The notes beneath the pieces were generated by a model. That model was not told the DNA's origin and ran no database searches. It saw only the letters and a program-made list of their open reading frames with translations. Made by a program: the position numbers and the translations under genes. DNA of 62,612 nt, filler included, from Globobulimina sp. (Eukaryota), in NCBI GenBank assembly GCA_003354225.1. It is 28 parts of 28 records of this genome, joined end to end, with 100 filler letters (N's around TTAATTAATTAA, not from the genome) between each part and the next. Parts side by side here need not be neighbours in the genome. Positions count along the whole stretch, not along the records: positions 58,238 to 60,375 come from PIVH01008704.1; positions 60,476 to 62,612 come from PIVH01008705.1; 26 more parts are not named here. The stretch is one strand, 5' to 3'. Of this stretch, positions 58,606 to 62,612 are shown piece after piece (the first letter of the stretch is position 1; every line of letters begins with the position of its first letter).

Positions 58606-60200
58606 ATGGCAACCCAACCACCAACCGATGAGCCTGGCGCAGACGAAACCATATTTGTCCGTGTCTACATAAACAAACAATATGAGTTGACAAAAGGCTT
58701 TGATCATCACCAAGATCTCTGGAAATTGGCAGAATTGGACAAATCCAAAATTGATCTTGAAAGTTTAAGAGAGGACATACCGCAGGCCTTTAGAAACGCA
58801 AAATGGATTGTACCATTATTCCAAAACACAAAAGAATACGAATGGAAAATCTTCAGCCACCATAAATCCAAAGCCGACCTAGAAATGGAAGAAGACGATG
58901 ACTTGGAAGAAGATATCCGTTTATTTATGAGCAGTGATTCAGATGGATCGTCCGATGGTGATTCAGTTACCAATGAAGATAAATACTTAAAATTAAGAGT
59001 GGTATTCTTCAAAAAAAGTGTGTTTGCTTTATACATCACATAACATTTATCCTTGCACATAATATATATCTTATCCTTGCACACAGTCTTCGAAGAGGAG
59101 GATGACGATAAAAGCGAGCCAGACATAGAGGTACAAACAAGCGATGGTAATAACACTGACATCAGCCACAATGACAATGAATTGGAAAGACCGAATCCAT
59201 CCGATTTAATACCACCCGAATTGAGTATAAAGCGCATCCGCCATATCTACGTAGCCCAGGAAGAGCGCATGGCTTTATTAGCCGACTTGGAATGGATAAT
59301 ATCCACTGCCACATTGGACTACTACCCCTCATGTAACTTCACCTTCGATATCAAGGAAAACCTACAATTCACCCAACACGAATACGTGTCGCGCATCACA
59401 GACAACCAAACGAGTGTCGATTTATCCCCGTTGGAAGTGGACACGCCGTACGAGTTTCAAATCAGAATGTTCGACCCTGAGATGATGCCATCCGTAGCAC
59501 CCTCGCCATGGAGCAAACCTCTGCGTGTCCCCGGCATCAAACCACCGAAGAGATTGCCCACTCCCACATGCTTGCAAGTGACTACCTTATTGCCCGAAGT
59601 GGTGCAACTTCGATGGGACCCTGGCTTTGCGGCCTCCCCCACACAAAATGTCATGTATGTCATTAAGGAGTACTTGCAATTCAGTCAACATCCCTTCGTA
59701 GCGCAGTATGCGTTGCCCACTGGCAAACTATCACCGTTGAAGCCCAATACCCGCTATCAAATCACGGTATATACCTCAAGGAATGCCAGTGATTCGCCCG
59801 AAAGTAAGCCGTTATCCATCATGACGCCGTCGATCCAGTTCGAGCAGTTATATCAAAGTGGCAAATATAAGCCATCTCCGCCCATTAATATCGAGCAGAT
59901 TGTGGATAGAAAGTACAATGAGATATTGTTAATGTGGAGCATCCCGCCCAATACATTTGGAAATGTGATCTTTTATCAGATCTTAGACTTACCGCAACGA
60001 GATGTGTTCACATTGTACGAGTTGCCGTGTCGGATACCGCGGCCAGAGAGGGACCTTCATGTCCGGATTGTGACCGTGGTGCGGATTAATGTGAATAACG
60101 CCAATGTTGAGTTGAAATCTGCAGCAACGCGGATTAAATTGACAGGCGTCAACATGGAAACACCTCGGGGTCCCACTAAATCGATGAAGGGAAAGCCATA
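58606..60200 (+). CDS. Fibronectin type III repeat protein, intron 59018..59086
   Basis: FN3 motifs LEVDTPYEFQIR..SPWS, VQLRW and LKPNTRYQITVY..SPES. Confidence 0.8.
59049..59082 (+). repeat. Two tandem TATCCTTGCAC copies inside the FN3-gene intron, the second 4 nt from the 3' end
   Basis: Exact ATCCTTGCAC at 59049-59058 and 59073-59082, followed by ACAG. Confidence 0.85.
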
Positions 60201-60288
60201 TCCGTGTCATCCAACCTCAGTAAAAAAAAGATTTTACTTCATCACAACTTTCTCATCTCCTCTCTTCCTCACCTCACTAAAAACCATC

Positions 60289-60375
60289 ATGTCTAACACC
60301 GCCCGTGCTGAACAAACTTATAATGTGATTAGAACAGTAATAATCGACTGGGACGATACCTTATTCCCAACCTGG
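60289..60375 (+). CDS. HAD-like protein N-terminus
   Basis: VIIDWDDTLFPT motif I, preceded by UTR-like pyrimidine-rich sequence. Confidence 0.65.
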
Positions 60376-60727
60376 NNNNNNNNNNNNNNNNNNNNNNNNN
60401 NNNNNNNNNNNNNNNNNNNTTAATTAATTAANNNNNNNNNNNNNNNNNNNNNNNNNNNNNNNNNNNNNNNNNNNNGGATGTGTCAATTTGAAGACATGTT
60501 CAAAGCAACAAGTTTTCAAATTGTTAAATAAATATGTCAAACAGAAATAGTGGTGCCATCGATTGTCAATTGATTTTGTAATGAATCAAAAATAGAATGA
60601 CAGCATGTATTTGCTGTGTTTGATCACATGTAATAATATCATTACCAAACATTTTGCAGCTGTGTTTTTGTTCTCCCTCTCGCAATTTCGTACTACTGAT
60701 TTGCAAATCAAAATCAAACATAAAATT

Positions 60728-62111
60728 ATGCAATCAATCAGAATTCAGCTCATTTCCATTCTAATAACATTTGCAGTCATTTCCCTGCCGTTCAGTGTAT
60801 CGGTAGATGTTGCAATTATTCGAATGTTGCGACTGCGAGATCGCGATCGTTCAAACTGGCAAAACAGATTTGGAGGAATGGATACATTGATAAACATCAT
60901 CCAATACATTGATCCTATGCAATTATTACACGACGAGAATATCGAGTTATTGAAAAGATTTGTGATCAATAAATCAGGCGCCAACATTAACACTCATCAC
61001 ATGCCACATGCAAATATTGAAATGGCTGATAAACGTGAAACCAACTGATGCTGATTTGTTTTATCAAACTGCTATTAAAAAAGAAAAGATTTTAAATTCT
61101 TACGCACATTGGAACCACACATTAAATAAATACGTTATCACCAAAAATATCATTTCGCTGATTCATCCATTACAATTATTGAGCATTGACTCATCAAATC
61201 ATTTTCAATTATTTCGCGACAATATCTATGCTGTGGAGGTCAGTGATTTTCCAAACGCTCACTTTCGTTTATTTCACGTGAATGTGACTGATTTCCAACT
61301 AGAATTCTGGGATTTTGTTAAAAATGTTCGTTTTGGTTATTATAGACATTACTTGCGCGCAAAAAGAATATTGGAGCATTTAGGTTGGGGCTACGCGTAT
61401 TCTTATAACGGTAGTCACAGTTATTGGAACCAATCAAAACATTTCGTGATCACAAGCAGCGACGTACAGTATATGTATACACTTAAAATTAAAGAAATAA
61501 ATGCGACTTGGGAAGATGTTAATTTTAAGCGATTGCCATCAGAAATAAAAATAGTTAGTTTGCGAAGTGATGACAGATCGACTGCTGTGATCCGGAATAA
61601 TGTGATTGATTTGTCACAAATTCCATGCGGTGACGAGATTCAGCTGAAGAAGTTAGTAATCATTGCCAGGGAATATGTGGTTAAGTTTGGATTGTGTTTG
61701 CCACCAAACTTGGAAGAGTTGGTGCTGCATACAAAGAGAATCATTTTTGGTGGACCACGAGCTCGAGATGGAAGCATCTGGTCCAGTATGGATAGTGCGC
61801 GCAAACTGAGAAGTGTGGATGTGAGGGAATGGGAGGCCCCATGGACTATGAAAGAGATCAATGGCTTAGGTTTGAGGAATTTGGATCATGAGTTCAGATT
61901 TCGGGTTAATGTGCGGAAAGAGTTCGCGAATGGAATTAATGATACATTTGCTGCGTGGTTTGATAGAATGTGGATTAAACAGCCATTTCATAAAATGTAT
62001 CAGTTAAAATATGATTTAAAATATGATTTAAGTCATTCACCGCGTATAGACAGACAATTTAGATTTTCTTGGAGCAGACCGGAAATCATAAGAAGTTTGT
62101 GTGGTGTTTAA
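60728..62111 (+). CDS. Secreted LRR-like hypothetical protein with an apparent frameshift at ~61000
   Basis: Signal peptide in ORF 60728; LPSEIKIVSL, LKKLVI, LPPNLEELVL and LRSVDV in ORF 61008. Confidence 0.5.
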
Positions 62112-62612
62112 TAACAGTGTATTGTTTGTGGAGGTACTTTTTGATTTTAAATTGTATGATAAAGTCATAATTATAAGTTATAAAATAACACTGTTTGTAT
62201 GTATGTTGTTTCATATTCAGAGACCCATATTTTGCAAGTTACTTCTTTGTCCCATTTATGGATAGTCGCATGCTTTAAAAGTGATTTACAGACGTTTGAA
62301 AAAATGGTGGACTTATCCGTTTGAAAAGTTTTTGAAATTCTGTGAAAACATTTCCAGAGTAAAACTGTAAAAGCAACAAAAGGAGATGAAATTGATAGTA
62401 ATATTTTGAATTAGTATTTAAAATGGGTTACAATATAAAACAAGCACAACCTTGTTGTTGGTCTCTTGTGTCAAGATATTGTTGGTATCGCATCAATGTT
62501 TTATCGTAACCAAATTCCTGAACTATTTTCCGTTTTGATTTCATAAAAGAATAAATATTTTCAACTGCTTCATCTCGAAATCCACCAAATTTCACCAAAT
62601 AGCCTCCGATTA

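Noticed and set aside
59053-60375. FN3-HAD fusion protein suggested by the ORF track
   Set aside because: The HAD motif has its own ATG and a UTR-like pyrimidine-rich leader after a composition change at ~60200. A chimeric join or intron is more likely.
2143-60475. Regularly spaced TTAATTAATTAA repeats as a CRISPR-like or biological array
   Set aside because: They are embedded in N runs of fixed length and are artificial contig linkers.

Overview
This window is not one locus. It is 28 unrelated contigs of 2,137-2,142 bp, sorted by decreasing length and joined by artificial 100-bp linkers (N44-TTAATTAATTAA-N44), so adjacency across a linker means nothing. Most contigs come from an AT-rich, gene-dense eukaryote with short GT-AG introns (49-119 nt). 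The SPRY, SAM and kelch gene families suggest a foraminiferan (Rhizaria); this is inference. Recognisable genes include a CaMK/CDPK-like kinase, SKP1, Nup155, an AzgA purine permease, an amino-acid transporter, an SLC35A nucleotide-sugar transporter, Rab7, G-alpha, G-beta, a CDK, GET4, a NEURL4-like ADP-ribosyltransferase, an ADP-ribosylglycohydrolase, an intron-containing L-rhamnonate dehydratase and an isoorotate-decarboxylase-like enzyme. Two GC-richer bacterial gene fragments are fused into eukaryotic contigs, which looks like whole-genome-amplification chimerism. The most unusual signals are non-coding. (1) The 10-mer ATCCTTGCAC occurs 7 times on 6 independent contigs, always in introns or downstream regions and oriented with transcription wherever orientation can be judged. 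(2) Three tRNA-like cloverleaves have covarying stems but aberrant anticodon arms, and two of them point at each other across a 13-bp satellite. (3) There are several MITE-like or hairpin elements and a DIRS/Ngaro-like retroelement fragment. (4) A vWA gene continues in frame past a TAA through two duplicated introns. All protein identities come from motif recognition; no database search was run.
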